Source of the DNA: a virus
Length of the DNA stretch: 55,591 bases
Virus record (IMG/VR): IMGVR_UViG_3300032237_001108
Coordinates: 1 to 55,591 of that record
Strand: one strand, 5' to 3'
Below the pieces are notes generated by a model. That model saw nothing but the letters and a program-made list of their open reading frames with translations. It was not told where the DNA came from and did not search any database. This document shows positions 31,506 to 38,385 of this stretch, one piece after another. Each line of letters starts with the position of its first letter. Position 1 is the first letter of the stretch. The position numbers and the translations under genes are program-made.

Positions 31506-31916
31506 TCAGGCGGCTTCCGCGTGATCCTCTTCCCCTTCCCATTCGGCGGCAATCACTTCGCCGCCCTCGCCTTCGCCGCCCTGGTCTTCGTCGGGATCTT
31601 CGCCAAGATCAACCTCGGCCAGGATCTGCGCCCCAATCTGGAGCCGCTCCAAAATGGCCACGGTGGTGGGATCGGCGGCGATCTCATCAGCCTCCAGGTC
31701 TTCGGTCAGCTCGGCGGCTACCTCGGCGATGGAGCACAGGGCCAGCTCAATGAAGTCGGCAGGGGCAAAGCCCAAGTCGGCGGCCAGGGCAAGCGCTTCG
31801 GCCACGGGCACGGTCGGGCCATCGTCGGCTTGCATGTCGTCTTCGGCACCGTCCTGCTCCTGATCAAACGGTGGGCGCTCCGCCAAGGGAGCGGACACAT
31901 CGAGGGCTTCAGTCAT
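31506..31916 (-). CDS. Strongly acidic protein (136 aa)
   Basis: Asp/Glu-rich throughout (..DQEQDGAEDDMQADDG...EDLEADEIAAD...DLGEDPDEDQGGEGEGGE..EWEGEEDHAE). A lone leftward gene inside the rightward block. Confidence 0.6.
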   Translation of the reverse strand: MTEALDVSAPLAERPPFDQEQDGAEDDMQADDGPTVPVAEALALAADLGFAPADFIELALCSIAEVAAELTEDLEADEIAADPTTVAILERLQIGAQILAEVDLGEDPDEDQGGEGEGGEVIAAEWEGEEDHAEAA

Positions 31917-32186
31917 GGGTTTGACGCTGGTCCCGCCAATTATGCCTGTCCAGACCCTGAAGGGCTATGCCGTGGCCCTGAATTGCTACTGTTACAAAGC
32001 GCAATGCTTGAGAATCGGGGCGGGGTGGGCGATCTGAGGGAGGCGCAGCCGCGCCTGTTGCCAGTTACCCAATTCATACCCTAATCTCTGGTTGTGGTGA
32101 TGGCCCACTTGCCAGCCACGCAGAAAACCAGCCCCGGAGAGGCCTTGTGAGGCCCCGGCGCTTTCGTCCCCACCGCAACACGAACC

Positions 32187-32375
32187 ATGGCCTCTATCTC
32201 CTGCATCCTGTTTTGGGTTTTTGTGCCCCTGCTGATCGCTTCGGCGGTCGTCGCCTGGGCGCTCGAAACCGACCGGGAGCGGGCCCGCCGCTGGCGCCGC
32301 TCTGGCCTCAGCCAGCAGAAAATCGCTGATCGCCTCGGCCGCAGCCGCTGGCAGGTTCGGCAGCTGCTTGCCTGA
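32187..32375 (+). CDS. Small membrane-anchored HTH protein (62 aa)
   Basis: N-terminal hydrophobic SCILFWVFVPLLIASAVVAWAL followed by SGLSQQKIADRLGRSRWQVRQLL (HTH-like). Preceded by GCAACACGAACC ATG, a degenerate motif II. Confidence 0.45.
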   Translation: MASISCILFWVFVPLLIASAVVAWALETDRERARRWRRSGLSQQKIADRLGRSRWQVRQLLA

Positions 32376-32417
32376 TCCAACGCGGCCCGCCGGAGCCGCA
32401 CCCAATCCGGCCACCGT

Positions 32418-32428
32418 CAACCAGCGAA
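32418..32428 (+). promoter_or_regulatory. Motif II copy (CAACCAGCGAA)
   Basis: Exact 11-mer, 7 nt upstream of GTG 32436. Confidence 0.55.
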
Positions 32429-32435
32429 ACCGACA

Positions 32436-32621
32436 GTGAACCTCTACGAAGTCCGCTCCTTTGCCCACGACACGATCAAGGCTGCGCATGATGCAGGCCG
32501 TCACCACGAGGCGTTTGGCCTCGGCGACCGCCTCTATGAGATCGGCTACCAGCCCACCCCAGAGGCGGCGGCAAAGGTCCAGGCCTGCGCTGAGCACCTG
32601 GCGGCTTCCCTGGCTGCCTGA
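32436..32621 (+). CDS. Hypothetical 61-aa protein
   Basis: ORF with a motif II copy upstream. Confidence 0.45.
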   Translation: MNLYEVRSFAHDTIKAAHDAGRHHEAFGLGDRLYEIGYQPTPEAAAKVQACAEHLAASLAA

Positions 32622-32681
32622 TCATCCACGGCCAGCCGGGAGCCCATCCCGGCAACCCATCCACCACCACATCCCCCGCCC

Positions 32682-32882
32682 ATGGCCTACTCCTTCTTCC
32701 GCCGCGGTTTCTGCGTCTACTGGCACGAGGATCCCGCGACCCTGGAGCGTGCTCACCACCGCGCTGCGACCGAAGAAACCCAGCGTGGCTTTGCCCAGCC
32801 GGGTCCGATTGAGACGACCGATCTGCACCCCAGCCGACTCACGACCCAGGGCGCCGCGCAAGCGTGGCGGGTCAATGCCTGA
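32682..32882 (+). CDS. Hypothetical 66-aa protein
   Basis: ORF-track entry; overlaps the next small ORF start (ATG 32875). Confidence 0.35.
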   Translation: MAYSFFRRGFCVYWHEDPATLERAHHRAATEETQRGFAQPGPIETTDLHPSRLTTQGAAQAWRVNA

Positions 32883-33042
32883 ACCCCTCCCCTACCGCGT
32901 CACCCTGTCCGCCCTTGCTGGCCCTGTGACGCTCGATCTGATCGCCAGTAGCCGCGCTACCGCGATCCTGGCCGCCCAAGAGCTCACCGGCTTAGGACAT
33001 CGCGCCACCGTCGCCCGTTGCGCTCGTCTCGGGGACTGGTGA
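32875..33042 (+). CDS. Hypothetical 55-aa protein
   Basis: MPEPLPYRVTLSALAGPVTLDLIASSRATAILAAQELTGLGHRATVARCARLGDW. The start overlaps the upstream stop. Confidence 0.35.
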   Translation: MPEPLPYRVTLSALAGPVTLDLIASSRATAILAAQELTGLGHRATVARCARLGDW

Positions 33043-33214
33043 TCGCTGCGCCAAGGCCCCTGATCCGCCGCACCAATCAACTGCACTATCACCCGCCAGG
33101 CACCATTCGGTCGCCTGGCGGTTTTGCTGTGGAGATTGACTTCGATCTATGGCCGCTTGTGGCGCCCCTGGTGCCGTTACTGGAGGAGGTGGAGCGCGTG
33201 GAGGCCTTGGCGGC

Positions 33215-33224
33215 TGGGAAAACT
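33215..33224 (+). promoter_or_regulatory. Motif I near-copy on the plus strand (TGGGAAAACT)
   Basis: 9 of 10 positions match (GGGAAAACT exact) and it is followed by GCAGCAG. It lies 16 nt upstream of ATG 33241. Confidence 0.5.
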
Positions 33225-33240
33225 GCAGCAGGATCGCCGG

Positions 33241-33438
33241 ATGCCAATGGCCAAGAAGAAACCGACCACCCAGGGGCAGAAGGCCTTGGCTAAGACGATG
33301 CACGAATGGAAGGCGGGGACGCTTCATAGCGGCAAGGGTGGCCCGGTGGTCAAGTCGCAGAAACAAGCCGTGGCCATCGCCCTCAGCCAAAAAGCCCGCG
33401 CCAGCAAGCCAGGACCGAAGACGAAAAAGAAGCGCTGA
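33241..33438 (+). CDS. Small basic protein (DUF6496-like)
   Basis: MPMAKKKPTTQGQKALAKTMHEWKAGTLHSGKGGPVVKSQKQAVAIALSQKAR resembles the MHEFK.G.L.SG....V.SRKQAIAIALSEA family as I recall it. Confidence 0.55.
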   Translation: MPMAKKKPTTQGQKALAKTMHEWKAGTLHSGKGGPVVKSQKQAVAIALSQKARASKPGPKTKKKR

Positions 33439-33486
33439 TTGCTTGTCGCCACAGTGCAGGATAAGATTGCTATTGCTTGTGCAATC
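33437..33486 (+). promoter_or_regulatory. Operator-like repeats upstream of the cyAbrB-like gene
   Basis: GATTGCTTGT (33437-33446), ATTGCTTGT (33472-33480) and the palindrome GATTGC-N10-GCAATC (33465-33486), ending 9 nt before ATG 33496. Confidence 0.45.
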
Positions 33487-33495
33487 TGATTTCGC

Positions 33496-33930
33496 ATGAC
33501 CGCGACCCTATCCGCGCCACCCGCTGAGCAAATAGCTCCCGCCGCCCCCGCGCCTTCCGCCCCTCTGGCCGGTGCCGACCTCCTGGCTAAGGTCAAAGAG
33601 CTGGGCGACGCCTCAAAGACCGATCTGGCCCGCGCCTGCGGTTACGTCAGCACCAAGAAAAACGGTGCGGAGCGCGTCAACTTCACGGCCTTCTATGAGG
33701 CCATGCTGGAGGCCAAGGGCGTCAGCCTCAGCGAGGGTGGCAGCAGTGCGGCCGGCAAGCCTGGCCGGAAGCTGAGCTACACCACAAAAGTGCAGTTCAA
33801 TGGAAACCTCATGGTCGGCAAGGCCTACACCGCCATGCTTGGCTTGGAGCCTGGCGACGAGTTTGAGATCAAACTCGGCCGCAAACAGATTCGGCTGGTG
33901 CCCGTAGGAGCCGCCGATAGCGACGATTGA
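33496..33930 (+). CDS. Cyanobacterial AbrB-like (cyAbrB) transcriptional regulator homolog
   Basis: The C-terminal KVQFNGNLMVGKAYTAMLGLEPGDEFEIKLGRKQIRLVP is a SpoVT/AbrB swapped-hairpin motif. The N-terminal LLAKVKELGD.SKTDLARACGYVS...VNFTAFYEAMLEAKGVSL matches the cyanobacterial CalA/cyAbrB layout. Confidence 0.75.
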   Translation: MTATLSAPPAEQIAPAAPAPSAPLAGADLLAKVKELGDASKTDLARACGYVSTKKNGAERVNFTAFYEAMLEAKGVSLSEGGSSAAGKPGRKLSYTTKVQFNGNLMVGKAYTAMLGLEPGDEFEIKLGRKQIRLVPVGAADSDD

Positions 33931-33956
33931 ACCCTGTCCAGACAGGCGCCAGATTC

Positions 33957-33980
33957 AGGGGGCTATGGCCCCTCTTTTTT
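33957..33980 (+). terminator. Rho-independent terminator after the cyAbrB-like gene
   Basis: AGGGG-gctatgg-CCCCT followed by CTTTTTT. Confidence 0.65.
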
Positions 33981-34028
33981 ATGGTGCGACCTGTATCCTT
34001 TCTCCGGCGGTTCACCATCGCCCAGAAG

Positions 34029-34064
34029 GCCTCCCCGGTTGGCTTCGCTGGTTGACGGGGAGGC
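34029..34064. other. 9-bp hairpin presenting an orphan motif II copy in its loop
   Basis: GCCTCCCCG (34029-34037) pairs with CGGGGAGGC (34056-34064). The 18-nt loop contains TTCGCTGGTTG (34044-34054), which is CAACCAGCGAA on the minus strand. Confidence 0.5.
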
Positions 34065-34217
34065 TTTCTGCTGCTCTGCTGCGCTTGCGCCTCAGAATCA
34101 AGCAACTCGGTAGCCTGCCCGCAACAGTGCAGTTCGGAACAGGGGACAAGGTAAATGGCTCGATCTGATTTTTCCGGCAGTGAGCATGGCCTGGACCGCC
34201 TAGCCGGCGGGATCGTC

Positions 34218-34910
34218 ATGTTTTCCCGTGCGGTGCGGATGCTGCTGGCTCGCAACAACCTCACCCATGAGCAGCTGGTGAAGCTTTCCCAATGGTCGAA
34301 TCCATGGGGAATGACCTGGCTATCAACCTCTCAGGTCAGCTATCTGCGGACCGGACAGCTCAAAAAAGCCGGCCCCCAGACCATTGACGCCCTCGGACAG
34401 GTCAACCTGAGGCTTGCCCAAGCGGCCGGGGCTGTCTCTCCCGGCGTGGATAATCTGCCCGACTTCGGCCCGCTCCCGAGCACCCTGGGGCTGCCGGACG
34501 AGCCGTTCTTCCTGCGGCACCCAGACAGCCATGAGCCGCTTGATGCCGGTGGGCTCTACTTGGTCTGGATCGGCCGCCTGACGCCCGAGGCGATAGAGGA
34601 GGGACACATCAGCGACATGGAGGGCCGGCGGCTCTCAGGCAACCTTTCGCGCATCGTGCAGGGCTGGGCCAGGGATCGGAAGCTGACGATCGGCCAGGCG
34701 CTGGAGCAAGCCCTCACCGCCTACGGGGTGGTGGAGGAGAGCAGGCGGCAGCGCCTGAAGTCGGTGGTGGTTGGGTTCGAGGTCTTTACCGGTGCCGAAC
34801 TGGATCAGGAGCTGCCTGCCCTGGGGGCGATGCTGGGCGCCCTGGACGGTGACGGGCCCATCGACCCGTCCGACGTGCGGGAGCGGCTCTACCGGCTGCC
34901 GAAGGACTGA
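34218..34910 (+). CDS. XRE-like HTH protein (230 aa)
   Basis: Start set to ATG 34218. MFSRAVRMLLARNNLTHEQLVKLSQW is HTH-like. Stand-alone unit after a 237-nt gap. Confidence 0.5.
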   Translation: MFSRAVRMLLARNNLTHEQLVKLSQWSNPWGMTWLSTSQVSYLRTGQLKKAGPQTIDALGQVNLRLAQAAGAVSPGVDNLPDFGPLPSTLGLPDEPFFLRHPDSHEPLDAGGLYLVWIGRLTPEAIEEGHISDMEGRRLSGNLSRIVQGWARDRKLTIGQALEQALTAYGVVEESRRQRLKSVVVGFEVFTGAELDQELPALGAMLGALDGDGPIDPSDVRERLYRLPKD

Positions 34911-35125
34911 TCGCGCTCCTCGCGTCGCCTCAGTATGTCCTCCATCCGTTCGTTGAGGCTGGCGCATCGGGCAGCCGGCGAGAGGCCGCCCCGGGGGGAG
35001 AGCAGGCGGCGCCCATCGGGTAAGCACAGTTCGATTTCCACCATGGGCCCCAAGCAGTAGGCCATGGCCCGCAGACGGGCTTCCACAATCGCCGCCTCTG
35101 CGGGGGAATCAATCAGGACTCGCAT
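34889..35125 (-). CDS. Hypothetical 78-aa protein, convergent with the HTH gene
   Basis: Start set to ATG 35125 (MRVLIDSPAEAAIVEARLRAMAYCLG...). The track start at 35179 would translate the C13 tract. Confidence 0.4.
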   Translation of the reverse strand: MRVLIDSPAEAAIVEARLRAMAYCLGPMVEIELCLPDGRRLLSPRGGLSPAARCASLNERMEDILRRREERDQSFGSR

Positions 35126-35143
35126 CAGATCAGGCGGCTTCGC

Positions 35144-35156
35144 GGGGGGGGGGGGG
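35144..35156. repeat. Homopolymer G13 (C13 on the minus strand)
   Basis: cgc ggggggggggggg cac read directly. It lies 18 nt upstream of ATG 35125 on the minus strand. Confidence 0.9.
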
Positions 35157-35313
35157 CACACATTGGAAAGGCTCTGCAAATCAGCAGCAGACTAGCTGCG
35201 TCCCCGCTGGGCCAATCCGTATCAGGATAGCCCGTCCAATGTGTCGCGATGTTGCATTGCTTACCCCATTCCGGCCCATGTCCCGATAGGCTAGCGGCGC
35301 CCGAAGGGGCACC

Positions 35314-35324
35314 CAACCAGCGAA
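35314..35324 (+). promoter_or_regulatory. Motif II copy (CAACCAGCGAA)
   Basis: Exact 11-mer, 7 nt upstream of ATG 35332 (recT). TGTCCCGATAGG lies at 35279-35290. Confidence 0.55.
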
Positions 35325-35331
35325 ACCACTA

Positions 35332-36615
35332 ATGACCAGTTCCATGGTGCGCCGCAACGGCTCCGGGCCGATGCAGCGCCAGCAACCCGCCGGCCGGATG
35401 GCCCCCGCGGGTGGCGCAGTCAACACGATTGAAGACTTGCTCAAAAAGCACGGTGCGGAGATTGCCCTCGCCCTTCCGCAGCACGTCACGCCAGAGCGGC
35501 TGCTTCGGATCGCCCTGTCTGAGGTGCGCCGCAATCCGCGGCTTGCCCAGTGCTCCGCGCCCAGCCTGTTGGGGGCGATTTTCACGTGCGCTCAGCTTGG
35601 CCTGGAGCCCGGCGGGGCCCTGGGCCATTGCTTCTTGATTCCCTACCGGGATGAATGTCAGTTTCAGATTGGCTACAAAGGCATGATCGAATTGGCCCGC
35701 CGTTCGGGTCAGATTCAAAGCCTTTCCGCTCGCTCCGTCTACGAAAACGACCATTTCGACTACAGCTACGGACTGCACGAAGATCTTGTGCATCAACCGG
35801 CTACCGGTGAGCGGGGCGAGCTGACCCACGCTTATGCCGTTGCCAAGCTCGTGGATGGCGGCATTCAGTTTGAAGTGATGGATCGCCACGAACTGGAAGA
35901 GATACGCGACGGCAGCCAGGGCTATCAAACCGCAGTCAAATACAACAAGAAAGATTCGCCTTGGATTTCATCGTTTGATGAAATGTGCCGCAAAACGGTG
36001 ATTCGGCGGATGTTCAAGTATCTGCCGGTGTCCATTGAGCTGGTCAAGGCGGCCAGCCTGGACGAGCGGGCCGATAAGGGCCAGCGGCAGGAGACTGACC
36101 TCGACCACCTGTTGCTCCCGGCCGAGGTGCCCGCAGCACCCCCCGCCATTGCTGCCGCTGCCGCCCCTGTCGCGACACTCACCGAACAGCAGCAGCAGCA
36201 GCTTGTGACCGCCCTGGAGCGACAGCTGAGCCCCGTGGGTCAAGCCGCCTATTTGGTTGATGCTTGCCAAGCTTTCGGGGTGGATGCCCTGGAGGCGATC
36301 CCGGCAGAGCATCACAGCGCACTGATGCAGAGCCTGGCCAACGCGGGCAGCCGCGAACGCTGGAATCGAGGCTGTGGGCATGTGGATGGTGAGCCCCTGC
36401 TGAGCACCGAGCAGATCGCAGACCTCAGCCTCCAAGCCCCCGAGGCAGCCAAGGAGGCTTTGCAGCAGCCGGCGCCGCAGCGTGCCGCCAAGCAAGCCCC
36501 CAGGGCTGCCGCTCCTGCCCCCGCTTCAGAGCCTGCCCCGGAGCCCGCCCCGGCCCCGGCCGAAGCTGAGCAGGAGGAGCCCGGCGATGAGCTCATTCAG
36601 TCGGAGCTGGTGTGA
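35332..36615 (+). CDS. recT: RecT-family single-strand annealing recombinase with Ala/Pro/Glu-rich C-terminal extension
   Basis: SLLGAIFTCAQLGLEPGGALGHCFLIPY...CQFQIGYKGMIELARRSG...AVAKLVDGGIQFEVM...SPWISSFDEMCRKTVIRRMFKYLPVS matches RecT. Confidence 0.85.
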   Translation: MTSSMVRRNGSGPMQRQQPAGRMAPAGGAVNTIEDLLKKHGAEIALALPQHVTPERLLRIALSEVRRNPRLAQCSAPSLLGAIFTCAQLGLEPGGALGHCFLIPYRDECQFQIGYKGMIELARRSGQIQSLSARSVYENDHFDYSYGLHEDLVHQPATGERGELTHAYAVAKLVDGGIQFEVMDRHELEEIRDGSQGYQTAVKYNKKDSPWISSFDEMCRKTVIRRMFKYLPVSIELVKAASLDERADKGQRQETDLDHLLLPAEVPAAPPAIAAAAAPVATLTEQQQQQLVTALERQLSPVGQAAYLVDACQAFGVDALEAIPAEHHSALMQSLANAGSRERWNRGCGHVDGEPLLSTEQIADLSLQAPEAAKEALQQPAPQRAAKQAPRAAAPAPASEPAPEPAPAPAEAEQEEPGDELIQSELV

Positions 36616-36791
36616 TGGTCGCCCTTGTTCCTGCCGATCTGACCGTGCCGGAGGAGGAGATCCTCCGGCGGGCGGACGGAGACACATCCTCCGCCCTGCG
36701 GATCGCAGCAGCCTACGGCTATGAACTTGCCTGTCGCGACCTGGATAAGGCAACCACGTTCAAAAAAGAGGCTCCTCAATGCAGTCAGTAA
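36615..36791 (+). CDS. Hypothetical 58-aa protein
   Basis: TGATG junction with the recT stop. MVALVPADLTVPEEEILRRADGDTSSALRIAAAYGYELACRDLDKATTFKKEAPQCSQ. Confidence 0.4.
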   Translation: MVALVPADLTVPEEEILRRADGDTSSALRIAAAYGYELACRDLDKATTFKKEAPQCSQ

Positions 36792-36976
36792 TTTTCCTTG
36801 TTGTTGGGGTTCTTATTGGATGCGTTGCACGTAAAAAGGTATTTGATGAAACGTGGCACGCTGGATATATAGAAGGTGTCCGCTATGGCAACCATGAAAA
36901 CGTTTTCCTAAGGCGGCGCATTATTCATCTAGAAGCTCAGGCCCGTCAACTGAAACGCACTGGGGTAAAGGCATGA
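36779..36976 (+). CDS. Small membrane protein (65 aa), AT-richer
   Basis: MQSVIFLVVGVLIGCVARKK has an N-terminal transmembrane segment. ATGA overlap with the sigma gene start. Confidence 0.45.
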   Translation: MQSVIFLVVGVLIGCVARKKVFDETWHAGYIEGVRYGNHENVFLRRRIIHLEAQARQLKRTGVKA

Positions 36977-37818
36977 GGGCGATTGATCAATTTTATCTAG
37001 ACTCCTACGGCCGAGTCCCGCTGCTCACCGCAAAGGAAGAGATTGTTTTAGCCAGGGCAATACAAAAAGCAAGCGAGCCAGGCGCAACACTGCGGGAAAA
37101 GCGGGCTGGAATACGTGCAAAAAAGCGCATGATTCAGGCCAACATGCGTTTAGCGGTCAACATGGCGATGAAGTTTTTGCCACGCTGCAGCACGCTTGAT
37201 CTTCATGATCTTGTGCAAGAAGCAGCGTTCGGTATCAACCTCGCCGCCGAAAAGTTTGACCCAGAGCGCGGCTACAAGTTTTCCACCTATGCGTATTGGT
37301 GGATTTGGCAGATCTTAAACCGTGCGATTACGTCCCAGGATCGGTCCATTCGTATCCCTGTCAACGCGGCGGAAAGCCTGGCCAAGATGTTTCGTCTGAC
37401 CCAGGACGCAGCGGCCAAGGGTAAGCCGATCAGCGAAGCCGAAGCAGCCAAGGCGGCGAATATCCCGCTTGCTAATGCTCACGCGGCTTTGCTGGCTCTA
37501 GGTGTTCACTCGTTAAACTACATGAAGCACGGAATTGATACCGAGATCATTGATCTTTTAGAAGCGCCAGCTTCTGATGATTATTTCAGTGATCTGGGGG
37601 TCAGCCGGGCGGAGCTGTTGGAGATTGTCAATCAGCTTCCAACGCAGGAGGCCTATGTCGTGGGTTCCTTTTTTGGCCTCCACGGCGAGGCGCCGCAAAG
37701 CCTCACCCGCATCGGAAAGGATCTTGGCATCAATCGCCAGGTGGTCACTCTGCGCAAGGACAAAGCGCTGAACCGCATCCGCCGCGCCATCTATCACACC
37801 CACGGAATCACCGCATGA
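36973..37818 (+). CDS. Sigma-70-family RNA polymerase sigma factor (regions 2, 3 and 4 recognisable)
   Basis: MIQANMRLAVNMAMKF....LDLHDLVQEAAFGINLAAEKFDPERGYKFSTYAYWWIWQILNRAI covers regions 2.1-2.4. SLTRIGKDLGINRQVVTLRKDKALNRIRR is a region 4.2 HTH. The gene is visibly AT-richer than its surroundings. Confidence 0.85.
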   Translation: MRAIDQFYLDSYGRVPLLTAKEEIVLARAIQKASEPGATLREKRAGIRAKKRMIQANMRLAVNMAMKFLPRCSTLDLHDLVQEAAFGINLAAEKFDPERGYKFSTYAYWWIWQILNRAITSQDRSIRIPVNAAESLAKMFRLTQDAAAKGKPISEAEAAKAANIPLANAHAALLALGVHSLNYMKHGIDTEIIDLLEAPASDDYFSDLGVSRAELLEIVNQLPTQEAYVVGSFFGLHGEAPQSLTRIGKDLGINRQVVTLRKDKALNRIRRAIYHTHGITA

Positions 37819-37955
37819 CTCGTCTTCACCTCCTGGGGTTCTTGATTGCCCCCTTGATTGCTCTGCCCTGCATCTGGCACGGCCAAAGGATGGTCAACCC
37901 AGAGGCCCGGCTGTTGCTGGTGCCTGATGCCGCCCTGCAAGCGTTGCAACGATGA
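37815..37955 (+). CDS. Hypothetical 46-aa membrane/signal peptide protein
   Basis: Below the track cutoff. MTRLHLLGFLIAPLIALPCIWHGQRMVNPEARLLLVPDAALQALQR. ATGA overlaps at both ends. Confidence 0.45.
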   Translation: MTRLHLLGFLIAPLIALPCIWHGQRMVNPEARLLLVPDAALQALQR

Positions 37956-38341
37956 CAACTCCCGCCATCACCGTTGCGAACCTGGCCCAGCTGTTGTGCC
38001 AGTGGCCTCACCATGGTGCCAATGGGCAACCCACAACCGTGCTTTTGGGGGATCGGTTCCCTGATGCAGCCGCTGGTCCCCTGCCAGCCATTGCGGCCGG
38101 CGCTGTTGAGCTGGACGACGGCGGGCGGCAGCATCTGGTGCTGTTTCCCGAGCAGCATCAGGTACCGGCCGGGTCCGCTGCCGACCATGCTGATGCCCTG
38201 GATTTGGCGCTGGCCGCGCTCAATTATCAGCTCACCACTCCATTGGATCGCTACGACCCTTGTAGGGCTAGTGAACTGATGGTAAGGGCCGTTACAGCTA
38301 TTGAAACAATCAAGCGCCTAGAGCGACGCCTTTCCCTATGA
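37952..38341 (+). CDS. Hypothetical protein (129 aa)
   Basis: ORF coupled to the upstream small ORF. No family recognised. Confidence 0.5.
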   Translation: MTTPAITVANLAQLLCQWPHHGANGQPTTVLLGDRFPDAAAGPLPAIAAGAVELDDGGRQHLVLFPEQHQVPAGSAADHADALDLALAALNYQLTTPLDRYDPCRASELMVRAVTAIETIKRLERRLSL

Positions 38342-38367
38342 TCAACCCGTGTCCCGATAGGGATTGC

Positions 38368-38378
38368 CAACCAGCGAA
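38368..38378 (+). promoter_or_regulatory. Motif II copy (CAACCAGCGAA)
   Basis: Exact 11-mer, 7 nt upstream of ATG 38386. TGTCCCGATAGG lies at 38350-38361. Confidence 0.55.
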
Positions 38379-38385
38379 AACCCCA

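Noticed and set aside
31992-32597. 201-aa minus-strand ORF across the 32.0-32.6 kb region
   Set aside because: It overlaps several short plus-strand ORFs that have better start contexts (a motif II copy, a CC-ATG-GCC start). It would also run through the divergent non-coding region. Its composition looks like a shadow ORF. The small plus-strand genes themselves remain low confidence.
33039-33293. 84-aa plus-strand ORF (GTG 33039) overlapping the start of the DUF6496-like gene
   Set aside because: It overlaps the better-supported gene at 33241 by about 50 nt out of frame and contains the plus-strand motif I copy in its coding sequence. It is possible but unsupported, so it is not listed as a feature.
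34211-34220. Near-copy of motif I (CGGGAAAACA on the minus strand) at the start of the XRE-like gene
   Set aside because: It has one mismatch at the last position, lies inside or at the start of a plus-strand coding region, and has no minus-strand gene downstream. It is probably coincidental (it encodes MFSR).
33869-34264. 131-aa minus-strand ORF downstream of the orphan motif II copy
   Set aside because: It reads antisense through two hairpin terminators and into the 3' end of the cyAbrB-like gene, so it is unlikely to be a protein. It is kept only as a possible antisense RNA in the findings.
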